Assembly (NCBI GenBank): GCA_964016885.1
Contig: OZ024740.1
Span: forward strand, 205,468,001-205,532,000
Origin: Eledone cirrhosa
Taxonomy: Eukaryota
Reading direction: 5' to 3'
DNA: 64,000 nt
In this document: positions 26,018 to 38,989 of the stretch, one piece after another
Layout of the letters: each line of letters starts with the position of its first letter
Numbering within the stretch: the first letter of the stretch is position 1
The notes under the pieces: model-generated
Database searches by the model: none
Told to the model about the DNA's origin: nothing
What the model saw: the letters and a program-made list of their open reading frames with translations, nothing else
Made by a program: the position numbers and the translations under genes

Positions 26018-26072
26018 ACTGCTATATATATTTCAGTGACAGCCATCTTTGGCTGTGACCTCTTCAGGCAGT
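26018..26072 (-). ncRNA. Type I hammerhead ribozyme
   Basis: ACTGC-CTGAAGA-GGTcACAGCCA aaga TGGCTGTcACT-GAAA-TATATA-TA-GCAGT, followed by AATAAA. Confidence 0.85.
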
Positions 26073-26260
26073 CCGAATTAGTGTGGTATAGACAAGTACA
26101 TATGTTGTTGAGGTGTATAATTTTGTCAATACTCTGATATGCCCAGTTCCTGGTTGGGTTGTTATTTCACTGAGGAACTGGAATGATATGAAATTTCATT
26201 TCCCACTCTTAGTACGGCTGTTACTTAAATATAAGTAATATACGTTCAACAATCTGGCAG

Positions 26261-26317
26261 GAAGGTATACGTTGCTGACGATAGCTAATAAGCTTGAAAC
26301 TAGTACAGCGTTCCTTC
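26261..26317 (+). ncRNA. Type I hammerhead ribozyme with extended, bulged stem I
   Basis: GAAGG tat ACGTTG-CTGACGA-tAGCT aata AGCTt-GAAA-CTAG-TA-CAGCGT t CCTTC; bracketed by a ~46-bp inverted repeat (26191-26237 / 26516-26561). Confidence 0.82.
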
Positions 26318-26589
26318 GTCAGTGTTGAACCGGCAACGATGGTTGCTGGACACTACGGCTTAATACGGGATGTTTGTTTACAAACACACTGAGCATTGTA
26401 ATAGATGTTCGGTGAATCCATACGTACATATATATATGTGTGCATGTATGCATGTATGTATATATATACACATACTACTGTACGTCTGTATACATATATG
26501 TATGTACGTGTACATACTTATATTTAAGTAACAGCCGTACTAAGAGTGGGAAATGAAATTTTGTTTCATTTTTTCCATATATATTATAT

Positions 26590-26621
<32 letters not shown>

Positions 26622-26630
26622 ATATATATG

Positions 26631-26871
26631 GAAAAAAGAAAAACAAACACAGACATACATATATGTGTTCAAATCGTAAGGGACCAGATTCGCTAAGGTG
26701 AAGAGAATACTAACTATAGACAATAGGGTTGTATTTATTTTCTTGATTTATTCTTAAATTGAGTCTGGCAAACCCTATTGTCTATAGTTAGTATTTTCTT
26801 CACCTTAGCGAATCTGGTCCCTTACGATTTGAACACATATATGTATATGTCTGTGTTCGTTTTTCTTTTTT
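26631..26871. repeat. ~100-bp inverted repeat with ~40-nt spacer (foldback)
   Basis: 26631-26730 is the near-perfect reverse complement of 26771-26871. Confidence 0.9.
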
Positions 26872-26997
26872 GTTCAGTTATATTATACGGCTCGGAAAAA
26901 TCTCTTTGCTAGAGCTAATTCATTGTAAGAGACTATTTTGAGTTTCTAACTCAATATATGCCTTTGATACATTATATATATATATTTAATATAGAAA

Positions 26998-27048
26998 GGC
27001 TTCTACAGGACTAGAACTGTTTCATTCGGGAGAATTCATCAGGAAGCC
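26998..27048 (-). ncRNA. Canonical type I hammerhead ribozyme inside a ~120-bp palindromic insert (26984-27102)
   Basis: GGCTTC-CTGATGA-ATTC tccc GAAT-GAAA-CAG ttctagtc CTG-TA-GAAGCC; 27050-27102 is an inverted copy of its 3' half. Confidence 0.88.
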
Positions 27049-27317
27049 CATTCTCCCGAATGAAACAGTTCTAATCCTGTAGAAGCCTTTCTATATTAAA
27101 TATTCATTGCTCCAGTTTATTCAGCTATAGAAATGGGTTGACATCACTGGTGCCAAGCTGTATATACCTTTGCTTGTCCCTTGAACAACATTGGTGGTGT
27201 GGAGAGGGAACACAGGTATGATGATGATGATGATAATGATGATGACTGCTTCGTATTGAGTACCTTACTTGCTGTGGTTACCACTGATTGAACCCGGGAT
27301 AAACTTTTTTATATATA

Positions 27318-27434
27318 CAGTCGAGTCCACTTAAGAATATAGCATAATCAATTCCAGAATTTATGTACTATGTTTTGTACAGTGCATGGGTCCATTTAAG
27401 AGTATATCGGATGAGAGTATAGTTCGCATAAGAG

Positions 27435-27469
<35 letters not shown>

Positions 27470-30400
27470 AATGTTGTGTACAGTGCTCAGGTGCACTACA
27501 ACTCATCAAAAAGTGTATGTATAGTACATAGGGTAATGTACAAACGTCAGGAAAATGAACAGTGCATGAGTCATGATATACACGTGTGCATGTGTATGGA
27601 AGGGGTACATCAGGTGTAGTTTTGGCGAATTTCGGGAAGCATGAGGGTTTTAAAGGATGCAGTGTCTCGGTAGCTAACAACTGACGCAGGCAGTTTGTTC
27701 CATGCTTCAGCAACTCTGAGCGTGAAAAATGTTTACGAAAGTCATGGGAGCTGTGCTGTTTTCTGATTTTGTAGGCATGTCCACGTGTGTTAGACACATG
27801 GAGATCAAAAAGGTGCTCAGGGTTGTTGTTGGCGAGATGGTTAATAACTTTGTGGGTGTCTACCAAGTCCATTGCCAAACGTCGGAGCTTCAATGAATCT
27901 ATGCCCAGGGAAGCAAGGCGTTCAGAGTATGGTAGGTGTCTGATGGAGGGTATGCGCTTGGTTGCACGTCTCTGAACAGTTTCCAGGCGGTCAATGTTCT
28001 GAGCAAGATAGGGGTTCCAGACTGATGATGCGAATTCCAAGTGTGGTCGTACCATAGCTGTATACAGTTTTAAATAGATGGCTGGAGAGCGGCTAACAAA
28101 GGTCTTGCTGAGTGATGCCAAGACACCCTCAGCCTTCTTGACAATTTCAGAGACGTGCTTTGTCCAACGCAAATCGTTGCTGACAGTAATGCCCAGGTCA
28201 TGTTCACAAGAGGACTTCTTGATATCAGTGTTGTGGAGGGAGTATGTAGACGCTGGATTTTTCCTCCCAAAATGCATGGTGGTACACTTGTCCACAGCCA
28301 GCTTCAGTTGCCAGTCTGTGATCCATTGCTGCATTGTGTCCAGGTCTGATTGTAGGAAAGAGTTGTAGATTTCAGGAGCAGTGCTTTTGATTTCAAGGTA
28401 CAGCTTGATGTCATCTGCATATTTCAGTACCGTGGCATTCTGTAAGTTGGCATCTATGTCATTAATATATGCCACAAACAAAAGGGGACCAAGAACAGAT
28501 CCCTGTGGTACACCAGATGACATCTCATATGGTGAAGAATGCTGTCCTAGAACCGTGACTACCTCTTTTCGGCTGAGAATGAAGGATTTCAACCAGTCGA
28601 AAAGATCATCCCTCACACCCATTGCAGAGAGTTTTGCCATAAGTCTTTTGTGTGGCACAGAATTAAAAGCCTTAGCAAAGTCAAGGTAAACAACATCCAC
28701 CCATGAGCCGCTGTCAGTGATCCGAGTAGAACTTGATAAGCTGATCACAGCAGCTGGAGTTAGGAATAAATCCAAACTGCGAGGGCCGGATGAGGCTGTG
28801 AGAGCTCCAGAAGTTCCAAAGTGTTTCTCTGACACAGGATTCCATCAGTTTGGCCATACAGCTAGTAAGACTGACTGGACGATAGTTGACAGGTGACATG
28901 CGGTTGCCCTTTTTGAACAGGGGAATGACACTGGCAGTTTTCCACTGCTCCGGAGTAGCACCATTGTTGAGAGAAGAAAGAAGAAAGAAAGCTGGCGCAA
29001 AAGGAAATACCTGCCACGTTTGAGAAGCAGGTATGTAACACCATCAAGACCAGGGGAGGCATAGTTACGCTTATTCTTAAGGTGACGTCGCAACATTGCA
29101 GGTGTAAATTCCATAGTTGTTAGGGAATTTGATGTTAGAGATGGTGGAGATGGTACATTCTGGTTTTCGACAGTAAAAATACTTGCATAGCACTCAGCAA
29201 TGAGTTCTGCGCATTCTTTGGGATCGTCAGTGATCTGGCTTGTGTGGGGATTGCGAAGAGGACCAACTGGAGAGTGAGGTCTCTGCTTTGAATGAACATA
29301 TTTCCAGAACACCTTACTGTCAGGATTGGTTGCTATGCACTGTTCAAATTCAAGCACTGCCTTCTTTGTCACTTGCTTGAGATGGTTAGAAGATTTATTC
29401 CGCTTTTTTCTGTTGGCATCTGATTTATGCAGTTTATATTCCCGTCCAGCGTTCCGACGTTCTTTCCTGGCAAGTCGGATTGCTGAAGTTTCCCAAATTG
29501 CACTTTTTGGGTGTTTTTTTTTCTGCTTACGTGGCACCGATGCTGCACACGCTATCCATATTGAGTCCGGGATGCTCTGGAGTATAGTGTTCACATCTCC
29601 AGAGTTATACATCTCATGCCAGTTTGGGCGCTGTAGCTCAATGCCAATCTGCTTTCTTCCAATCAAAGCAAGCAGATTGGAGATGGCTCTGGTTTTTGTT
29701 GCTGCCCGCAAGAGCCAGATTGGCAATGATCATAGCATGATCAGGGTCGCCTAGAGGTTCCTCAATAGTAGAACTGATAACCACTTCAGGTGTAGTGGTG
29801 AAGATCAGGTCCAAAGTGTTGTCACCTCTTGTTGGAGAGGTAACCACTTGTGACCAGTTTGAGTTCAGCACTAGTTCAAGGAAATCGTTTGCACCTTGTG
29901 GCCAACGAAAGGTTTCCCAATCGATCTCAGGATGATTGAAGTCACCTGCAATAAACACATAAGTGGCTGTTTTCTTGGCAGCAACTCTGAGGATATCGCA
30001 AAGCTGTGTGTCCTGATGGTAGTTGGGGGGGGGGGGGGGGGCGATAAACAACACCAAGCAGAAGTGTTGACATGATCATACGTATGTCACAAAAAAAAAC
30101 TTCTTCTTGTGATTCGTTCAAATCAACGCAAGGAATTACCGAAAAGTTTGAACGAACGTAGACCATCACACCACCACCACGGCGATTAATGCGGTCCTTG
30201 CGGAAAAGGTTGTACCCAGTAATGCTGAAAACCCCATTACAGAGTAAGGAATGTGCCCATGTTTCCGTGACTGTGATGAAGTCAGGGTCGATGCTTCTGA
30301 CGTAGGAATCAAACAGATGTATCTTGTTGCATAAACTGCGAGCATTTAAGGACAACAATTTGTACCCTGCTTGCAGTTTATGATGGTGTGTAGAGGGTGG

Positions 30401-31845
30401 CAGGTTGTTCTGGTTTAGTTTCTCAGAGTTGTTGCAGTTTTTTCATTGCCAGTTATTGTGGGTAGACCACACTCAGACCAGCTAGTATCTCTCTTCCACG
30501 TTTCACCAGCCTTAACAAACCTCCAGATCTGCCCATCATCACGCAGACTAAAACTTTCATGTTGTGCTGAGTTCCAATTCAAGGAAGCTGCAGCACGTAG
30601 CTTTGGGCGTACATGGGGTGGTAGGCCTGGGCATGTTCGGAAGGTAATCCGATTTTCACGCCCAGCTTTAACAGAGGCCAGATGGTATGAGATTGCCTCA
30701 GCTGGGTCCGAAAAAGACAGCCTGATGAGTCTGGGTTTTGGACCAGGTCGACCAAGGCGGAGAGCACCTTTTGGGGGAACACAGCCTAGGTCTTTGGCTG
30801 AGCTGGCAGCAAATGCCTGAAGATCAGCCTTGTCCTCTGGTACCCCAATAGCAATTACTTCATGGGTAGCAGATTACGCAGTCTTCTCAGTGTGCCCAGA
30901 TACAACAAGAGGTGCAGGGAGATTCTTTAGCAAGGCATTCCGATAAGACCCCTCATTGTGGGGTCCTACCCGAATGCTTGCCTTTATTCCTGTTACTTCC
31001 CTTCGTATAGCATAATCAATTCCCGTTTATATATTTTCTATATAATTTAGTCCGAATAAGAGTATAATGATTTCATTTATTTTATTTATTGGCCACAAGA
31101 ATAAGAGTATAATGAATACGGTAAAGTAAATTGGGCTTATAATGTAACATAACCATTTTAAAACAATTCAAAATGAAATGCGATGATGTCATTTATGCAA
31201 CCATTCTAAAAGCAATTTAAAGTTTAATATATGCAAATACAAAAATAATAATTCATTGTGTCATAAAAATGTCTTTGAAACGCTCTGCTTTATCCATTAC
31301 TCAAAAAATTGCTATTTTGGATGAATTGAAATCCGCCAAGTCACAAACCGAATTAACTAGAAACGTTAGTATGTATTATTTTTATATTTATAATATGAAT
31401 GTGCATAGGTACCTAACATAACTTTAATCATTTATCAATATTTTAGATCTCTGGAAAAGAATGAATAAATGCTTTGTTGACTGTACGGTCCTATATGATG
31501 CAATCATTTGAAAATTTTGAAAATTTTACTCCGCCTGAGACCGAGGAATTGATTGAAAAAGAAATTGCGAGCAATCGAGTGCAAAAAAGCATTTTGGACT
31601 ATTTTTAGGAAATAAAAATTACATACCAATATGTTGAAATATTGCTTAATTTATCTATAATTTGCAATAATTCTTGTTGAATTTTTTGGTGTAACTTTCA
31701 TTTTTTTTACTTATAAATGCATTTTAAACAATAAAAAGCGATTTTTAATCATTGAAAGACTCAAAATAATAATACTATGGAATATTTTTACTTAGTCCGG
31801 ATAAGAGTATAGTCCCGAGGGTATACTCTTAAGCGGACTCGACTG
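27318..31845 (+). mobile_element. pogo/Tigger-type DNA transposon deletion derivative, interrupted by a LINE
   Basis: TIRs CAGTCGAGTCC(A/G)CTTAAGA(A/G)TATA, TA flanks and repeated subterminal TAAGAGTATA. Remnant HTH start MSLKRSALSITQKIAILDELK (31269) and C-terminal QKSILDYF (31582-31605). Confidence 0.82.
27437..31003 (-). mobile_element. CR1/L2-group LINE, 5'-truncated, frameshifted
   Basis: ORF1 C-terminal part (IAIGVPE...LRLGRPGPKPRLIRLSF), APE (SLNARSL, GGGV, AGDFNHP, SDH-like), RT (YLDFAKAF, GVPQGSVLGP, KYADD); (ATT)n tail. Confidence 0.93.
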
Positions 31846-31864
31846 TATATATATATATATATAA

Positions 31865-32180
31865 GGATAAAGACCCCCTTTGGTCACAAATGACTATGAT
31901 ATTTGCACCTAAAGAGTTCCCTTCTGAGGCACAAATCCTGGCAAGGTTATTTGTGAAGACCACCAGTCTTCCCTCTCCACATCACCAATGTTGCCCAAGG
32001 GACAAGCAAAGGTTGATACAGCTTGGCACCAGTGATGTCAACCCATTTCTATAGCTGAGTAAACTGGAGAAATGTGAAATAAAGTGTCTTGCTCAAGGAC
32101 ACAATGCATCACCCGATCGGAGAATCGAACTCACAAACTCCTGATTGCAAGCCGAATGCTCTAACTACTTGGCCATGCAT
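31865..32180 (-). mobile_element. Older tRNA-derived SINE
   Basis: Minus-strand A/B-box head and TCCTTGAGCAAGACACTT central domain; related fragments at ~27100-27245 and ~33540-33880. Confidence 0.7.
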
Positions 32181-34002
32181 TGAGAGAGAGACAGGCAGCT
32201 ATTTATGTAAAATGACAGATGTAATGTACATACATATACTGGTGAACAAATAATCAATACATATATAAACATCTATATATAGAATATAAGAGTTGGTATA
32301 GATTGTTTACTCAGACTTAAATAAGGAAAGGATTTGACATCCTGTCCCAATCATGTCAGTGTAGAATATAATGATGATGATATTGATATACAGATCTATA
32401 TCATAATAAGAACACTATCTGTCTGTCTGTCCATCTGTCACACCCACTTTATATAGTAAGGGGAGCAGCAAGCAAGAGATATGTACATAGATATAGAGAG
32501 AAAGGAGAACGGCAGAAAAAGGTAGATAGACAGAAAGTTATGTTCTAATGACTGCCAAATTGACCACCTTATACTTGTTAAGTGATTATGAAATTACCTG
32601 TGATGGGTTTTTCAAATTAGGATACCTGTATTTAGTTTGTGTATGTGTGTGTCTCAAATCACAATCATACCTCAGTGAAGCAGAGGTTTAGATGCAGTAT
32701 TAATTATGAATCGTTTTGACTTTGTTTTATCTCCTATATAACATCTCATCATTTTGTCTGTTTTTCCATGCTAGGATGGGTTGAACAGGTCATTACAGAT
32801 CAAGTCAGTACTTAATCAAAGTCACTATTCTTCTAGATGTGTTTGGGGACTATATCTCACTTAATACATTCCATTTTTGGCATGATCGTTACAACTCTTC
32901 TAGCAACAACAACTTCACAGAATGTACTGGTTGCATTATAACATGTCACCAGCAATAAAGAGGTTGTGTTGACCTTGATGCAACTGAAGAGATCTTTCAA
33001 CAATTTTATATAATATTAGATATATTTTCTGTGTAGACGAGGACTCTGTGGGCTGTAGAGAAGGCAACTTGTCTAGGAGAGTAGTTATTCTGAATTAAAA
33101 CTGATACAATTTTAAGTACTGACAGACAACCTCTCTAGTGCTGGAGGCACAATAATGCACCCTGTTCCTGCTGTAAAATGGTTGGTGATAGGAAGGGCAT
33201 CCAGCTAGAAAACGTTGGGGGGTCCAAACCATACAAGCATGGAAGATTAACTGTGAAATGATGATTTCAAAACTATTGTGTACATGTATTAAAAAAACAT
33301 TCTTTAAATACATTTCTGAATGTAGTCAAATTTGACATTATGACCTCTCAACTGCTGGTACCATGATAAAATGCATAGTGCACTTTGTAGAGTGCAGGAA
33401 TGTATGTAAATGAAATTGTAGCCTCTGGCCCATCTGAGAGATAAGTGGATCTGAGTAAGTACTGACTTAATCTGTGACAATACTTCCAACCCTTGCTAGC
33501 AGGGAAAACAAACGTCAAATGATGATGATGATGAAATTTATGAAGATGGGCTCCCTTCAGTCATGACTGACCAAGTGTTTGCACTGGAAAATTTCTTTCA
33601 GAGGCAAAAACCTGGAGAAAGTGTTTTGTAGAAAACCAGCTGTATCCTATATATATACCAATCTTCCCTCACCATACTTTTGATGTTGTCCAAGGGAAAA
33701 GCAAATGCTGATATAGCTTGAAACCTGTGTCGTTGCAATTCCTTTCTTCCAGTTGATAGGAATAGAGTTACATGAAATGAAGTGTTTGGCTTAAGGACAC
33801 AACACACCGTCCGTTCAAGGAATTGAACTCACAACTTTATGATTGTGAGCTGGAAACCCTAATTTATAAGCCTAGTGGCATCACATTTTTTCATCCACCA
33901 AATTTTTCACAGAATTTAGTGGGCAACAGTAGAAGACACTTGCAGAAGGTGGCTTGCATAGATAAGAAAAATTTAAGTGAAGGATTTTATAAATATACTT
34001 AC

Positions 34003-34140
34003 AGAGGTTTATGTAAATGAGGTGAATCTTTAATATTTTTTGAACTGGTGTGGTAAGTACAACGACTAGGAAGGTCAGGACGTCTCCATTGCCGAAATGG
34101 AGAAAGTCGTTCCTCATTATTGTTCTCATTTACCATTTTT
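34003..34140 (-). CDS. CBS: Cystathionine beta-synthase, N-terminal heme-binding exon (exon 2)
   Basis: Minus strand reads ttttaatttcag|exon|gtaagt. Translation (K)MVNENNNEERLSPFRQWRRPDLPSRCTYHTSSKNIKDSPHLHKP matches the animal CBS N-terminus (human WIRPDAPSRCTW...SPHHH, containing the heme-ligating Cys and His). Not in the supplied ORF track. Confidence 0.9.
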
Positions 34141-34559
34141 CTGAAATTAAAATAGTTTCAAATTAATTAACTCTTTTGTGACCATATTTTTAACAAGAAT
34201 ATACTACCATTATAACATAATAATTATCTTAGTTAATTATCAACTAACTTTCATTTTAACAATATAGGACAAATATTTAACCCTTTTGTTATCGTATTTC
34301 TAACAAAAAAAAACATTGTCAGTTTGGAGAATAACTTAAAATTATAATGGAAGGTTTGAAATAAATATAAACACTTTAAAAGAAACAGTTTAGTATTGCA
34401 GAATCTAGAGTAGTTGAGGTGGTTTGGTACCAAAACCGTTATTCACTGAACTCTACTATTATCTGTCATATAATAATCAAATTTTATTCCAAGATTTGAA
34501 TTTAAATTTAAACATTTTAATAAATGTGGTATCAGGTGGATTGGTGTTTAAATAGTTAA

Positions 34560-35110
34560 AGTAAAATACTCCTTTAAATGATTGGGGGACTCCCTAGATG
34601 TAGTTATCTTTGGTGATCTAATTAACAATGGAGATGGGTGTTTTGAAAACATAATTGCCAGAATAAGAATAGGGTGGAAAAAGCTCTACTGGCAATAAAG
34701 GAGTTCTCTCTCTGAGTGAAGTGCAGATTGTATGATGTATGTGTTCAAAGTGTGATGCTGCAATGGTAGCGAGACATGGATCTTGTATATGATAAAATTG
34801 CAAAGACTAGAAAGAAATGAAGTGAGTATGTTCTGCTGTATGTACAATGTTAGTGTTTATGAACAATAGAGCAAAGTGAGTTGAGAATAAAGCTGGATGT
34901 AGGGGGAATTAGATGTAGTCTATAAGAGAGAAGACTGTGCTGGTATGAACATCTGATGTGTATAGAGAATGTCAACTGTATAAAGAAGTGTCAAGCATTC
35001 CAAGTGATTGGAACTTGTGGAAGAGAAAGTCCTAGGAAAACATAGGATGAAGGTGTGAAGACTGGTCTCAAGAGGCTGAAACTTGTAAGAGACAACAAAG
35101 GACTATGACA
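34560..35110 (+). mobile_element. Old degenerate RTE 3' fragment
   Basis: Recognisable IIARIRIGWKK, GSETW and RRLCWYEHLM remnants with many stops. Confidence 0.75.
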
Positions 35111-36279
35111 ATTGATTAGATGGGCTTCACTAAAAATGTTTATGGGTCAAAGTGAATAATAAACAAGATTATGATCATACCAAGCTATGAAAAAAAATTT
35201 AATTATAAACTTCAAATGTGGGATAGAAAAAATATTTTTTACTAGGTAATTTCGCCACTAAAAATATTTCTTTTCCTAAGAAATACAACACAGAATAATA
35301 CAATTAAATGAATTAGAACAGTGAAAATAACGGACTGAGCTAACTCAGCCTTAACTTTTGTATGAACATGAATTACTCTATATATACTATTATATTTTCA
35401 TATTATTTATTTTGAGAACAATACCTTAACATCAGTATGAGTGGCCAGTTACAGCCGATTTGAACAGAAAAAGGTGAGAGGAATTCCGGCTGGACATGGC
35501 TGGTTTAAATGCTAAAGGGTTAATCAATAACATTCTGTTCTGCATGAAACTGTATTACCAAGAGATTCTTGAAAATATATACAACAACACTATAACTACA
35601 TTACATTAAAAATGAAAGTTTACTTTTCTGCAAATGTGTTCACTTGTAAATATACTATAAATATTTAAATTAACAAATCCTTTTGTGGCTGTATTTCTAA
35701 TGAAACACATTCTATTTCAATATATGTTCCCTAAAAAAAAAAAATTTTGTTTCATCTAATGTCATATTAAATTAGGTTGGTGGAAATTGTCCTTAAAATA
35801 TAAGTAAGGGTTTGGTGATTTTTGGAAAATTGTTTAATGGTTCCTAGAGAAAATAAATTTTGAAATACAGTCACATATATTTAAACCTAAGCCTTCTATC
35901 ATAATTTTCCCTAAGAGTCTTTTGTCAAGTTATTTTCCAAACACTATTTTTTACAAAGTTAGTTATTTTACTAAGCCACTTAACATTCTTGATTATTAAT
36001 TGAAACACATAGACAGTGTATTTCATTAGAAATGTGGTCACAAAAGGGTTAAAGGATAATAGCCCCAAGAAAAGCAAACTTTTAAAAATTATATTTCTAT
36101 TGGTTTCATTCCCTAGACTGCAGCTATGTTGAGACAGACTTCAGGAGTTACAATTATATCAACCAAAGTACTTTTTTTTAATGGCTTAGTTAGAGAAAGA
36201 AAGGAAGCACCCATGACGTTTTTCATGGCATTTGATATTGGTGAGAGTTATCGTCAAACTATATCGAAATATATAATTA

Positions 36280-36586
36280 AAGTTATGTTGGTATCACAAC
36301 AAAAAAGACATCCAGCCCACTCTGAATAGTGGTCGTGTAGGTGTCACGGCAAAAAGTGCCCAGCCCATACTGTAAAGTGGTCTTGTAGGTGTCACGACAA
36401 AAAACACCCAGCACACTGTAAATGTGGTTGGTGTTAGGAAGGGCATCAGGCCGTAGAAACTTAATCAGAAACAGTTCTATATAAGCAAGACACGGTCACC
36501 TGATCTGACGTGCCTGTAATGGGACAACCCGTCTAACTCATGCTAGCGTGGAAAATGGACGTTAGACGATGATGATGATGATGATA
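36280..36586 (+). mobile_element. RTE-type 3' UTR / SINE tail
   Basis: GGTTGGTGTTAGGAAGGGCATC motif; ends GGACGTTAGACG(ATG)n. Confidence 0.75.
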
Positions 36587-38383
36587 ATTTAAAAAAATTA
36601 AAAAACACTAAAGCCAGAAGACTGTGCCCCCCCAATAGATGAGGAGAGGGTTCAGGTTAAAAGTTTATGTTTAAACGAATAAGTTGCCCTATTTTCATCG
36701 GATAGACATACCATTGAATAAATCCATTTCACTGTTAAGTTTAGTGTTTTCAACCTTTGATGGTGTTTTTTTAATGACATTACACCAAGTCATATATATT
36801 CATTTATCTATTTTAAAAGCAGTGACATAACGTGGGGTGCTAGCGAAGGAACAAAGTAAGCAGTCCCTCCATCCGCCACCCGTGGAACGTTAATACACTC
36901 CGAGTCCCTTCCACCAGCCCAGTATTGAATCCCTTACACCAAGTTCATGTATTATAGTTTACTGATGGAAAAATGTATTCAAATTTATTTAAAATCACCT
37001 GGTTTTAATATGCGTAAATGTTTCACCGATAGGACATTATTGATGTGATTAACGAGAGAAAAATGCTGTAACACGTTATGTGGCAATATTTATTTGTACT
37101 GTCACTGTCATATTGAAAAACTTTGTAGAATGACGAACATGAGAGATTTCCTGTGTGAGGTGGAGGGTACAGTATATTTTGTTTATTATAACTACTATAT
37201 TCTTATCTTTTGAAATGATGCATGGGTTGCTAGCGTCCGGAGCAAAGTAAATATCTTCCCACCACCCACAACCTGTGGAACGATAGCATACCCTGAGTCC
37301 CTTCCACCAGTCTAGTATCGAACCCCTTAACCCAAGCTCATGTATTATAGTTCAAGAAAATACAGATGTAATGTGTCATTATTGTAATCACAATCGAAAA
37401 TGCAAAATTTCATTAAAAAATATTCATTATTGTGCGTAAATCAGAAACAATTAAGAAAGTTATGAAAAAACAAAGTCGGAGGCGCAGAGTAGTTTATACT
37501 TATGAAATCCTTTAAAATATATATTCGTAGAAAAATATTTAAGTATGCATATTACACCCTCTGTATTTTATCTTGGTTATTGTTTAACCCATGGTCAGCT
37601 TTGATCCAGCAGACTGATAATCAAAGATGTTTCGAGAGTGACCAAAGTATCCGATGAACATTTGTTGGTTTTGATGAATATTTTACTTGTTCGATCAACA
37701 GAACAGTCTGCTTATAAAATCAACGAGCAAATAACTGAGCATTCTACAGACACGTGAACACTAAATGTAATTCTCAGGGACATTCAGTGTGGAACAGTGT
37801 GTGACAAGGCTGGCCATCTGAATTACAGGTATCGTCTATCCGATGGACCCCCAAACAGTTTCTGTCTACCCAATTTCAATTGCACAAGATATGTCGTGGG
37901 ATCTAATCCGGGAATGCAAAGCCAACCTCTTAAGCATTCGGTCATAATGCTACCAAAATATATATAAATATATCTGGCGAATATTCAGGTCCATGAAACC
38001 TTAGCCACTACTGGGGTCGTAGGAGCGCCATCATTGCGAAAAGTAAACGAAAAACAATACGGGTGAATGATACAGTGTAATGAAGATATATATATGAAGT
38101 TGAACGTTTGATATGTGTGTGTGTCGCGCGCGCATATACATATATATGACTGTTTAATTGGGAGGAAAGTGAGGAGAGCACTCGGATTTGTTTGGGATTT
38201 CTAACCCTGTCATATACGCGAGCCAGCAATTCTACCTTAATCATGCCCATGTCGCGAGTAGTGAAGCGATGATAAGATTTTCTTTTCTGTCTGCTGGGAC
38301 CCTTGTGTTTGGTTTACAGCAACCTTCCTTACCTGGCTAGTCGAAGACACGTCTATGTACAGGTTGTAGCACTCGCATATATA

Positions 38384-38479
38384 CAGTGTCCCTCAAAAAT
38401 GTATACACACATTGATTACCTGTACAAGCAATATTTATTAGAATGCTGTTGAAGTGTGTATATATGTTTTGGGGACACC

Positions 38480-38482
<3 letters not shown>
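38384..38482. mobile_element. ~100-bp Tc1/mariner-type MITE
   Basis: Imperfect TIRs CAG(GG)TGTCCC.CAAAA...TATACACA with TA flanks. Confidence 0.6.
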
Positions 38483-38515
<33 letters not shown>

Positions 38516-38989
38516 TAACGCCTCCCCCCACCCACTTTCCTTGTCCAATCCATGTCAGCATGGAAAGTCAGACATGCCACACAATATACTGCCAGATGTA
38601 ACTCACTCTCTTCGACGACACCTCCATCACCCGGCGTTTTCTCTCCAACAATAGGATGCCCCCTCACCACCCCAAGCAATCAGCAACTAGCTTATCCCCT
38701 CTCATCACTGCTTCTCCAGTCAGGCCGAGGACACGACGAGCACACAACGAGCTGTAATGAGGTAATGCTGGTATCATGATAAAAATGATTCTGTCTACTC
38801 TAGGGCTACGATGAAAAACACCTAACCCACTCTGCAAGCCGGCAGTGCAGCTGCCACGACAAAAAGCACCCAGTCCACCCTGTAAGGTGAGAATGTTGAA
38901 GTCACGATAAAATGTTTGCAGTACACTCTGTAAAGTGGCTAGTGTTAGGAAGAGGGTATCCAGCCATATATATATAAAATATTTGGTCG

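Larger units (their letters stand above)
707..26990. repeat. Extended (TA)n / TATATAAT-type compound microsatellite field interrupted by retroelements
   Basis: Many TA tracts up to about 1 kb (e.g. 1068-1510, 3700-4090, 12606-13255, 15300-16376, 17649-18600, 24250-24710, 25428-25865), some with ~30-bp higher-order units. Confidence 0.95.

Noticed and set aside
26170-26200. CTGAGGA...GAAA on + (similar lone cores at 3032, ~42260 -, ~61537 -, 62585)
   Set aside because: No pairable stem II or stem I around these cores.
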